This document shows positions 29,044 to 41,154 of a DNA stretch of 64,000 nucleotides, piece after piece (the first letter of the stretch is position 1; each line of letters starts with the position of its first letter). The position numbers and the translations under genes were made by a program. Below the pieces are notes generated by a model. The model made no database searches, was not told the DNA's origin, and saw only the letters and a list, made by a program, of their open reading frames with translations. Source of the stretch: Antedon mediterranea. Its lineage: Eukaryota > Animalia > Echinodermata. Location of the stretch: NCBI RefSeq assembly GCF_964355755.1, contig NC_092676.1, forward strand, positions 14,774,871 through 14,838,870, read 5' to 3'.

Positions 29044-29959
29044 GGCGCTAGTTCCGTTTCGCACCTGTTTTTATTTCGACTTCCTTTTGACTCCAAATTG
29101 TTAAGCAACTTATTGTGAATACCACACCTTAAAATTGGGCCTCATAAGTACTTTTATGAAGAAGAATCACATAAAAAGTAACAAATAAATCCTTAAATTG
29201 ATGATTTTACAGACATGTTTCTCGCATACCGTTCGCGAATTTAGAATAGGCATACTCGAAGTTCAATATTTTCGTTTCTATGGAGCGCCAAAAGAGCAAC
29301 AACAATAGATGGTTACAAACTCAGTGGAATGCGTCTTCTTATTATTTATTATTGAAATACACGTTTAATTTTAATATATTTTGTCAATAAAAATGCTTTA
29401 ACATTTTACTGCTAACAGTGCTGTTTTCAAATAGCAACCTACCCTAGGCCTAACTAATAGTAAGACTATAGACTAAGAGGAATATTATTTAGGCCTAGAT
29501 CAGGTATACCTCTACTCTACAGCATGCAGTAGTGTTATATGATGATGAATTTGTCGATTTTCATTCCTAAAAGTTCCTGCAAAAACCATGTACAGTATCA
29601 ACAGTAATATTTTTGTTGCATTGACATTGACAAAATATGATAAAATTGAACGTAATTTTCACCAATAAATGCATTAAATATACGCAATTTACTGAGTTTT
29701 TAGCACTCTGTTATGATTACTCTTTTGGCGCTCCATAGAAACAACAACATTGAACATGGAGTATGCGAAATTCACAAACCGATGTGCGAGAAACACGTCT
29801 GTAAATTCATCAATTTAAAGGATTTATTTTTTACTTTTTGTGTGATATCCTTCGTAAAAGTATTTTTGAGGCCTAATTCTAAGGTGTGGTACTCACGATA
29901 AAGCTACTTAACCAATTTTGAGTCGAAATAAACGACAGGTGCGAAACGGAACTAGCGCC
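29044..29959. mobile_element. Non-autonomous TIR element with 8-bp TSD (MULE- or Merlin-like)
   Basis: TIR ggcgctagttccgtttcgcacctg / caggtgcgaaacggaactagcgcc; TSD GACATCAG (29036-29043, 29960-29967). Confidence 0.9.
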
Positions 29960-30351
29960 GACATCAGATTATTGATTACAATAGACACCAAATAGTTCAC
30001 ATTATGAGGTACATTTTCAGTTGTTATCCTACCTTTTGTGTTCGTAAAGTACACCATTGTATTGGTGGTAGGTACAAAATAAAGCATACTGTACATACAA
30101 TACAACTACTGTACTTTAAAAAATTTAACTTGTCTTCTTCCCTCCAAATGTTAACAAAGAAAGAACAAGTATACTTTTGTTTTTGAACATTCAATAAATT
30201 GCGCGCAGTCAACAACCAATGAATGCCCGTCGACAAGCGAGCCTAACTGGAAAACCTCATTTGCATACCGAAGTCAATAAATACACTGGGCGATGTTGAA
30301 ATCTTCACTTGATTGATTACTTTACTCGTATTGATTGTAAATACGAAAATC

Positions 30352-30367
30352 ATGCCACCAAAAACTT
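30352..30367 (+). pseudogene. H2B: H2B 5' stub (promoter plus the first 5 codons)
   Basis: 29960-30367 mirrors 10292-10694; ATG CCA CCA AAA ACT T is followed directly by a transposon TIR; the rest of the gene is absent. Confidence 0.9.
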
Positions 30368-33300
30368 TATCCGGTACACAGCAGCTCAAATGCCCGAGGC
30401 TCCATTCGTGATTAACAATGTTGATAATACAAACACATTCACGATAACGAATGACTTTTATTTTATAATTGAAATATATCTTTATTTTGGAATAAAAAAT
30501 AACACCAACAAAAACACTTAAAATAACCAACAGCAGATTTGTATTTTAGAGTAAGATTTTGAACAATCAATATTATATCAAAATCATTATTTCGATCAAA
30601 ATAATATAATTTAAGAATATTTTTCAGATAAACTAAATAATTACACTCATAATGATCGACACCGGTACCGATTATTGTACATTATTATTATAACTCGATT
30701 TAAATATTGTTTTAATTACACACTAGACACTTAGTGATATGTCTATATGAAAAAAGGCAACGAAATCTAAATTTGCAACATTTTTTAACATAACATAATA
30801 GTAAAGTAAATAATAGTTCGAATTCAACATAATCATTTAGAGAATTGGTAAGGTATAGATTAGATCGATCGATTGCACACTATTACTGTATTTTTAACTC
30901 AATTTAAATTTAAAAAAAGTAACCGTTTTCATGTGAATTAGACTGATAAAAACCAACAAATAACTTAATCTGCCAACATTTTAAACATCGTTACTTGTCC
31001 ATAATGGATCGACTACTGTATCGATTACTGCACATTGTTTTACTTTAACTGAAACAGTCAAATTTTTAATTGTTATTGTACTAACATTAGACAGTGATAT
31101 CTGATAAAAAGCAACATTAATTAATATTAATAATACTGAACCAAATTAAATATCGTTACTTATCCACAATGGATCGACTACTGTATTGATTATTGCACAT
31201 TATTTACTAACTAACATAAGAATTAAAGTGATATCTGATAAAACGCAACAAACTGAATCGAATTAAATATCGTTACTTATCCATAATGGATCGACTACTG
31301 TATTGATTACTGCACATTATTTTACTATAACTGCCCAAGTCAAATTTAAAATTGTTACTGTACTAACATTAGACAGTGATATCTGATAAAATGCAACATA
31401 CTCAGGTCCAAATTAAATATCGTTACTTATCCATAATGGATCGACTACTGTATCGATTATTGCACATTATTTTACTATAACTGCCAAAGTCAAATTTAAA
31501 ATTGTTACTGTACTAATATTATACAGTGATATCTGATAAAATGCAACATACTCAGGACCAAATTAAATAGGCCTATCGTTACTTATCCATAATGGATTGA
31601 CTACTGTATCGATTACTCCACATTATTTTACTATAACTGCCCAAGTCAAATTTAAAATTGTTACTGTACTAACATTATACAGTGATATCTTATAAAAGGC
31701 AACATTAATAATACTGGACAAAATTAAATATCGTTACTTATCCACAATGGATCGACTACTGTATTGATTATATGCACATTATTTTTCTCTAACTGAACCC
31801 AGGTCGAATATTTTACATGCAGTGTAACTACCGACACACTGTAAAAGCACAATTGAGCAAAGACATCGAGGTTACTGTATGCATTAAATAACTGAATATT
31901 GTACATTCATCATATTCCATTACTAGCTGAACAAAATACACGATATAATAAAACTATTGGATTTCTTTTTACATGATTTGTGAATTTATTTATAAATTTG
32001 ATTATATCACACTGTAATGATACTGGATTCTTCTTGCCAACTATCTATGGATCAAAATAGTTCAGTATTTATATTTGATATATTATACAATATTTACTTC
32101 AAAACTGTCAAATGTTTTATGTAAACGATTAAAAACTATTAAATCAGCCGTAATGCATAATCTTTTGAGTTTTTCTATTCGTCATCATCACAGTCACTTT
32201 CACTGTCATCACTCCAAGGTTGGTCATCATCGATTTCAGCTTCAAAATCTATTATTTCAAGTTCTTCATCATCACTTTGTTCCAATATTGATTCCTGCAT
32301 CAGTATCGTCAAGAACTGTGTTTGATTCAGCACTTTGTTCCCAGTGTGGATCACTAGTCAACGTATCTGGTAGAGCATTTCCATTAAACCATTTAGGTAC
32401 ATACCTTCCATCACCATTATCAACCCATCCACAGTTTAATGGGTTACTGTAGGTTTTGTGTTAGATACATAATTTGCCCTCAACAGATGCTGGGTGATTG
32501 TGATTTCACATGGTGGCAATGACGAACAGTTGATCTTCTTGAATTTCTTCTTTCCAGTTGTCATTTTGCGAAACGATTGGTACCTGGCCTCATTAATACT
32601 GTTCATGCTTTTAAACCCATATATCTTGCATACATAGGCAGTGACTGCGGGTTTGTCCATCCTGTCACCACAAAGCGATTTTAATGCAGCAACATGTTTC
32701 TTGTCCTTCACTAAATAATATGTAAATGGGATTGAATTGCCTTTGCGGTAAAATCCAGTATCTTTACAGTGTGATATAATCAAATTTATAAATGACACTG
32801 TCACAGCACTGTCACAAATCATGTAAAAAGAAATCCAATAGCCCCTATTGGTTTTATTATATCGACGTGTATTCTGTTCACTAGTAATGGAATATGAGGA
32901 ATGTACAATATTTAGTTATTTAATGCATACAGCCAGTAACCTCGATGTCTTTGCTCAATTGTGCTTTTACAGTGTGTCGGTAGTTACACTGCATGTAAAA
33001 TATTCGACCTGGGTTGTTCAGTTAGAGATAAGTAACGATATTTAATTTGGTTCAGTGTTATTAATGTAACAATTTTAAATTTGATTTGGGCAGTTATAGT
33101 AAAATAATGTGCAATAATAGATACAGTAGTCGATCCATTATGGATAAGTAACGATATTTAATTTGGTCCTGAGTATGTTGCAGATATCACTGTCTATAAA
33201 TGTTAGTACAGTAACAATTTTAAATTTGACTTGGGCAGTTATAGTAAAATAATGTGCAGTAATCAATACAGTAGTCGATCCATTATGGATAAGTAACGAT

Positions 33301-34191
33301 ATTTAATTCGATTCAGTTTGTTGCGTTTTATCAGATATCACTTTCTTATGTTAGTTAGTAAAATAATGTGCAATAATCAATACAGTAGTCGATCCATTGT
33401 GGATAAGTAACGATATTTAATTTGGTTCAGTATTATTAATATTAATTAATGTTGCCTTTTATCAGATATCACTGTCTAATGTTAGTACAGTAACAATTAA
33501 AAGTTTGACTTTGGTTCAGTTAAAGTAAAACAATGTGCAGTAATCGATACAGTAGTCGATCCATTATGGACAAGTAACGATGTTTAAAATGTTGGCAGAT
33601 TAAGTTTATTGTTGGTTTTTATCAGTCTAATTCACATGAAAACGGTTACTTTTTTAAAATTTAAATTGAGTTAAAAATACAGTAATAGTGTGCAATCGAT
33701 CGATCTAATTTATACCTTACCAATTCTCTAAATGATTATGTTGAATTCGAACTATTATTTACTTTACTATTATGTTATGTTAAAAATGTTGCAAATTTAG
33801 ATTTCGTTGCCTTTTTTCATATAGACATATCACTATAGTGTCTAGTGTGTAATTAAAACAATATTTAAATCGAGTTATAATAATAATTTACAATAATAGG
33901 TACCGGTGTCGAGTGTAATTATTTAGTTTATCTGAAAAATATTCTTAAATTATATTATTTTGATCGAAATAATGATTTTGATATAATATTGATTGTTCAA
34001 AATGTTACCCTAAAATACAAATCTGCTGTTGGTTATTTTAAGTGTTTTTGTTGATGTTATTTTTTATTCCAAAATAAAGATATATTTCAATTATAAAATA
34101 AAAGTCATTCGTTATCGTGAATGTGTTTGTATTATCAACATTGTTAATCACGAATGGAGCCTCGGGCATTTGAGCTGCTGTGTACCGGATA
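30368..34191 (-). mobile_element. Foldback element with ~1.4-1.6 kb TIRs enclosing a transposase 3' fragment (Academ-like)
   Basis: TIR tatccggtacacagcagctcaaatgcccgagg; ~120-bp tandem units (atcgttacttatccataatggatcgactactg) in both arms; central minus-strand fragment INEARY...LPPCE..QHLLRANYV followed by GW...PKWF. Confidence 0.8.
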
Positions 34192-34326
34192 AAGTGAAAA
34201 AAAAATGTACAGGCTGTGACCCGGCAGCAATGTCGAATATTGCATCTCACCCTAATACGCACCTAACTACATCATCAAACCTTTTGTATCTTTTCACATG
34301 AATAAATCTTCCGGGCGCCCGGTCTA

Positions 34327-34741
34327 TCAATCTCAAATATTATTTCATTATACAACATTATACACTACAGCAGAAATATGTTGATAGCCGAATTAGAAGT
34401 AAAGGAATGAATTATAATTCAATGTTGGAAATTGTGTTGCGTCAAAGAATATATATTCTTTGGTTGCGTCTAACTCATTCGTCCATAGTTACTATAAGGG
34501 TTTTATTTTTATTCCAATGGCCTATATTTTTTAATAAACTTTGTTCACAGATGGTGACCATAAACAAAAGCAAATGCGGACAATAAAGGGCCCTCAAATA
34601 CTATGATTTAGACAATAGGCCTAGCCCCAGGTCTTAGTCACAGAAATCAGCGCACACATGCAGCTGGCCCCAGCCTGGCAAACAATACTCATATATCGAG
34701 GCTACAGGTTATGCGCCTCTTTTGAAACGGTAAATTTCTGT
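34327..34741 (-). repeat. Inverted near-identical copy of 3458-3591 joined to 5152-5437
   Basis: Reverse complement read by eye; one ~5-bp indel seen; lacks the Harbinger insertion. Confidence 0.9.
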
Positions 34742-36739
34742 GGCCGTATTCACCAATCACACTTAAGTGAGATATTTAGGGTTTCACTTAAGTGGTATTC
34801 ACAAAGGGTTTAAGGTTAAGGGATACCCTTAACTTGGTCTATTTACCCCTTAACTATATTCAATACCTTGTTTGTGCTGAAGATTCTGTATGTGCGAGTA
34901 CTATAGTCTAGGCTAGGTAGAGATGCTCCGAATCAACATTGCTGCACAACGTGAATCTACATTATTCTCCCTCATGAGGGCGATCGAAGTACTGTATGTA
35001 CTGTAACAGTTCTTTTCAGAAATAATTATACTGTATATTACATGGTGGTGGGCCGCAAACTATTTCAACATTTGATTTCACCATGCAAACAATATAAATA
35101 CATCATGATGCTCATGTTCACATTGGCCTATAATAGTGTTACTGTATAACAAAACAAATACAATTTGGACTCTTTTACAATGTTATATTTAATATAATAC
35201 ATTTTAAAGAAGTTTAAATGGTGTTGGATCTAGGCCAGTTTGCCGACTCCCAATTTAAATCAAATAGCCTAATCGGCACATGGAAAACCCACATTGCCGG
35301 CAATAATAAAACTATGAAAAATCATACTTTAATAAATGATTTGTATTAACTAACTTAGATACCTTGGTGTTTTGAAATGTTTTTTTCATACGCAAAAAAG
35401 AAATAATCACACGCACGAACCCAGCTAAGTCAGCGATCGCTAGGCCTAGCTAGCTAAGCTATACAGCCAATGGAATATTAATTATTTTTAAATACAACAC
35501 TAAATTACAAATACAATCGGAACATATTTATGTACATTTTAAATACCTTATATTAAACTGAACATCGTACATACTATAAATTAAACTGTGGTTCAGTCTG
35601 AAAGTGTAATAAATAGAAATAAGCCGTATGTACTGATTGCTTATTATTTTTTTTATTGTATATTGATCGTTTTATTTAAGTGGACTAGGTACAGGAGTTG
35701 ACACTTAAGAATGACGGATCTTCAATTAGACTCTAAAAATAAACATTTTTGCATTGGTTTTACAGGTGTACTCATTATGTTAATTAAGTATAGGTGAGAC
35801 ATATATTGACCTTTGACCCTTTCTTAAGGGGTCATGGTACAGGATTTGGCACTTAAGAATTACGTTTTCTCAGTTGGGTAAATGTACTTATTGTATTGCC
35901 CAAGGTTCCATGTACTCGACCATGCTAATTAAAATGCTAATTAGCGCTAATTAGTGGCTTTCTTAAGTGGACTAGGTACAGGAGTTGACACTTAAGAATT
36001 ACGGATCTTCAATTAGACCCTTAAAATAAACATTTTAACATTGGTTTCATTTATGTACTCGATTATGCTAATTAAATCAAATTTTGGGGTGTTTTGAGCG
36101 CCCTCCCTAGAGTTGGTACAGGGGCGGGAACTTAAGAATGGCTGTTTGATGGTCCCTGGACCCCACTTGACATATTCTATGCCTCAGACCTTTTGTACTC
36201 GCAATGCTAAACAAATCTTCATGGGCTCCCGGACTAAGATGGCTATTGAAGATCTAACACCTATGCTACGTGCGCGTTTGTTCTTTTGTGGCAATGGCGG
36301 GCCGGTTACATAATAATATCGCTTCCCTATGTATAGCGCGAAGCGCATTATGAATGGCGTCTTCTTTCATGTATTTTCCCCCTAAATCAAAGCGATGGAA
36401 ATCGCGCTTATCTGGGAGGGGTGACTACAAACTAGTTTATAAGGGGTAACATGGATTGTTTTCTCTATCACTTACCATTTGGTTCAGATATACTTGATAT
36501 TACATTGCTGACAAACTTAATTCGTATTTTATAATGGATGGACCAACTGTTTATACCGAGGGTTTCAACATTCCAAAGATAAGACGGCAGGAGACGGAAA
36601 ACAGTATTGGAAATGTATAAAAGGACATGTTCTGGAAGGGTCCACACCATGGGTGAAGGGGACGCACTTTTTGTTAGTATGGCTACTCCACATAGCCTAT
36701 GGCTACTCCACATAGCCATGAAGTGGACGAAGAGTATGT

Positions 36740-38065
36740 CAGCGTATTTAATTTATGTTCAGTTTCAGTTTATTCACTCCGTACCTAACCAATTAGTTAA
36801 CGTATTTTATTTAATCTGTGTTCATACAATGTTTTTAACCCAATTAGTTAGCGTATTTAATTTAATCTATGTTCAGTTCACCACTCCGCTCTTAACCAAA
36901 TTAGTTCATACATGTTCTTAACCCATTAGTCAGCGTATTTAATTTAATTTATGTACAATTCATCACTCCGTTCTTAACCAAATTAGTTAGCGTATTTAAT
37001 CTATGTTCATACAATGTTATTAACACAATTAATTAGCGTATTTAATTTAATCTATGTTTATACAATTAGGTATTTTATTGAATCTATGTTCTTAACCCAA
37101 TTAGCTAGCGTATTTAATTTAATTTATATTCAGTTAAGTTCATCACTTCGTTTTTAACCCAATTAGTTAGCGTATTTAATTTAATCTATGTTCAGTTCAC
37201 CCAATTAGTTTTTTAGCGTATTTAATTTTATCTATGTTCATACAATTAAGTATTTTATTCAATCTATGTTCTTAACCCAATTAGCTAGCGTATTTAATTT
37301 AATTTATATTCAGTTAAGTTCATCACTTCGTTTTTAACCCAATTAGTTAGCGTATTTAATTTAATCTATGTTCAGTTCACCCAATTAGTTTTTTAGCGTA
37401 TTTAATTTTATCTATGTTCATACAATTAGGTATTTTATCTAATCTACCGTAAAACCTCAAAAAGAAGCCCATGGGCTTAAACCTCGAAAAGAAGCCCATC
37501 TCGAAAAGAAGCCCCTCTCTACAGTTTGCAAAAGTACTCTCGAAAAGAAGCCCATCTCGATATGAAGCCCCCTGGCTTCTTTTCAAGATAGTATGGCTTC
37601 ATTTCGAGATAGACTACTCATACTGTATTGAGATGATGACGAAATTATTGTATTTGAGGAATGTTTTTTTGCTTTTTATATTGTTTTTTAATTGGTATAT
37701 TAAACATAATTTCATGGTTGAAAAAATGTCTCAAAATTCACATTATTGTAGTAGAAATTCACAAAATTTACAGCATTCATTTCAGTTTGCAAAAGTACTC
37801 TCGAAAAGAAGCCCATCTCGAAAAGAAGCCCACCCAAGAGCACTAAAAAAAGAAGCCCATGGGCTTCTTTTCGAGGTTTTACGGTATGTTCATACAATGT
37901 TCTTAACCCAATTAGTTAGCCTATTTATCTATGTTCATACAATGTTCTTAACCCAATTAGTTAACGTATTTAATCCATGTTCATACAATGTTCTTAACCC
38001 AATTAGTTAGCGTATTTAATTTATGTTTATACAATGTTCTTAACCCAATTAGTTAGCGTATTAAT
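36740..38065. repeat. Minisatellite of ~40-55 bp units
   Basis: Recurrent ttaacccaattagttagcgtatttaat...tatgttcatacaatg. Confidence 0.9.
37447..37884. mobile_element. Tc1/mariner-like MITE inserted in the minisatellite
   Basis: TA-ccgtaaaacctc...gaggttttacgg-TA; internal aaaagaagccc repeats. Confidence 0.85.
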
Positions 38066-39169
38066 TAATATAATTGTTTCATTTTTATGTACCGTCAGTA
38101 TATTGGATCGGACGATGCTCCTCCTGATGATGATGACATCCTTTTACCCCAACTTGTTTCGTGCCGATCGCAGATGTATCGTGCTAGACGAAAAAACATG
38201 CCTGCCATGCCTACAACTCGTCCCGACGTGGATTTACCCGACAAATGGTCTCTCACTTAAGGACGGTGAACGGTTCCTGCTTCACCAAGATGACGAGATG
38301 CTTATGTTTGCAACTGACGGAAACCTCCAGAAATTAGCGGAAGCCGACACTTTATGGATGGGGCATTCTAGGTTTCTACACGAATTTACTCTCAACTCTA
38401 TACTCTACATGCTGTCATTCTTCTTACCTCTTTTATTCGCTTTGCTGCCAGACAAATCTGCCGACACCGATTACAACTTATTTGAACATTTACGCCGCCA
38501 TATGGCACATCGTCAACTACCATTTAGCCCGAACAAGATAATGACCGACTTTGAATCCGGCATGATACCAACAATTGCGCTAATGTTTCCCGGGACAATT
38601 ATGAAAGGCTGCAACTTCCACTTCACTCAGGCTATTTATCGAAAAGTACAGAACTTGGGGTTATCAGTAGCATACCACAACAACCAAGAAGTTAAGCGAA
38701 TCATCCGGTCTCTGATGGCTTTGTCTCTCGTTCCTCGAAACTTTGTTCGCAACCTCTTTGCCTACACAAGTCAACCAAATGCCCGCTGCAAATCATCCGA
38801 TCTTCTACAGTATTTCAGTGATACCTGGTTAAATGGTTCTTTTCCCATCGCTATGTGGAATGTACATGGAGAAGACAGCCGAACCAACAACATGCTGGAA
38901 GGTTGGCATAACGGATTCGCACTCGCTATAGAAAATGTCACCCGAATGTCTACGAGTTCATCATGGAAATGAAGGAAGAACAAGCTGCCACACAACAAAC
39001 CACTCGTGCTGCCATGTTAGGTCAACAACCACCACCAATGAAGAGGAAGTACAGAGAAAGAAGAACAGCTATTCAGAGGTTGCAGACGGAATTACGCGAA
39101 GGACAACGCACGATCGACAAGTATTTGACCGCGATTCGACGACATGTAGGCCATAATCGTATTTAAGAT

Positions 39170-39670
39170 GTATAATTTAAGTTATCGTATATATTTTTAT
39201 GTTTAATTTTTAATTTAGTATTTAATTTTTTTAAATAGTTTCCGAATGTAATATAGTATTTAAGATGTTTGATTTAGTATTTTAAATATTTATCGTATTT
39301 ATGATGTTTAATTTAGTATTTAATTGTTTTAAATATTTTCCTAATGTAATGTAGTATTTAAGATGTTTAATTTAGTGTTTTGTTTAGAAATTTTCCGAAT
39401 GTAATATAGAATTTGTTTAATTTAGTATTTAATTGTTTTAAATATTTTCATGTAATGTAGTATTTAAGTGTTAAATTTAGTGTTTTGTTTAGATATTCTC
39501 CGAATGTAATATAGTATTTAAGATGTTTAATTTAGTATTTAAATGTTTCAAAAATTCCCGATTTATCATATTTAAAATGTTTAATTTACGATAACTTAGT
39601 ATATAGAATGTATTATTATTAAGATATTTTCCTAATGTAATGTAGTATTTAAGATGTTTAATTTAACTCA
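39170..39670. repeat. AT-rich degenerate minisatellite
   Basis: Recurrent gtaat.tagtatttaagatgtttaatttagt units. Confidence 0.75.
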
Positions 39671-41154
39671 TAATAATTATTCATGGTATTTAATTTAAAA
39701 ATAATTAATATTTCATTGGCGGCGCGCCATAAATGAATACGATCGACCTTCACCGCGACGTACATCACTACGTGTGTGGGTTCGCTGGGCCGGTAGGCTG
39801 TATAGCTTAGCTAGCTAGGCCTAGTGTAGTGAAAACCCCCTTATATAATAATGGGTCGACCCAAGGTGTGACCCGAGGTCACGTGCGTTACTGACCGGTG
39901 CCGGAGCGGCCTCTTTGAACGCATGACATTAGACGGAACGGACGTAAATCGTGACTAGGCCTAAGCCTATGCTGTATCAGTATCAGCCATTACGCACGTT
40001 CCCTGGTGTTTGATATACATTAGCCGACTAGCCTATAGCCAGCAGGGTTTCCTGTGTAAGCTTCCCAGCCTAGACTGAGCGGTATATAAGCCAGTTCTAC
40101 GGTAATATTGGTGGAACAACAGGTATTCACTGTGATTGGATAGGTTATAGGCCTATATAGGCCTAGTATAGTTTAAGCCTCATTGCTACTATTACGAGGT
40201 ACGAGCCACAAGGGGTCAAGCTCGACCCTACTAGCCTAGCTAGTACTGAGGGATTGCTCACTGGGTAGCCACACACATACACAGTAACGGAATTAAGGTA
40301 CGTTTAGTCCTCCTAGGCTGGCCTGTGTGTTTATCACTACCAGCAGCCACACATCGGAGTGGACTGTTCGTACTCTTCTGTGTATCGCACTTCATCTGGG
40401 CCACCAGGGGGCAAGAGACCAGTCCCGCCTAAAAGGTAAGCTAGTACGCCTTGTGTAATAATTGTAGTAGCTTCGCACTCTCGGCCGTTTTACAACATTG
40501 GCGCTGCGAGCAAAAACGTGAATTCGGGACGCCAAGTTACTTAGTTTGTTAGCGAAGAGTTCGTCTGGAGACGACATAACGGATCAAATCTCCCGCTGTA
40601 CTTTTAACAATTCCGCACGGTGTGGGTTCACCGCGATTAGTTGATATTTAATAAAGTGCAAGGATTTTTGTATCGACTCTATAGGCGCCATTGATGGTAG
40701 ACGTTAATGCTTTTGTAACGGAACTTCATCAGGTAGTACCCATTGAGAAGTTAAACTTATTACATATCAATAAGAGCTTCATTTATTGTCATTATTATAA
40801 AATTATTTCAATTGTATTTTTGCATTGCTGAAGTTGAATCACGGAGCGTATCCTCCATTGTGTGATCTTCTGAATTCCTAAGACACTTGTGGGCGGACTT
40901 CGCACGTTTCTTTGACTTCATTTGCATATCACGTTAAGCAACTGTGATTTTTATTAAGCAGGTGTAATTCGTTTTTCTTTAATATTGCCTTTTAGAGAAA
41001 GTTGTTTTTACTTCTATTATATATATTTTTATAGTTGTAGTATATAAGAAGTACAATCCTCAGTTATACACAAGTCGATTTTTTATTGTATTGGTATAGC
41101 ATTGTTGGGTCTACTTCAATTCTATACGATTTAGTAGTAATTTGATAATTTAGC

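Larger units (their letters stand above)
36535..39166 (+). pseudogene. MULE transposase with FLYWCH-like N-terminus, frameshifted
   Basis: YRGFQHSKDK...QYWKC...CSGRVHT at ~36550-36650; FALLPDK, MTDFESG, GCNFHFTQA and WNVH...RTNNMLEGWHN in 38034-38972; several frameshifts; a minisatellite-filled putative intron between the two parts. Confidence 0.85.

Noticed and set aside
30980-31790. CRISPR-like regular repeats (also 36740-38065 and 6376-7351)
   Set aside because: Whole units repeat with no unique spacers; no cas genes; eukaryotic context.
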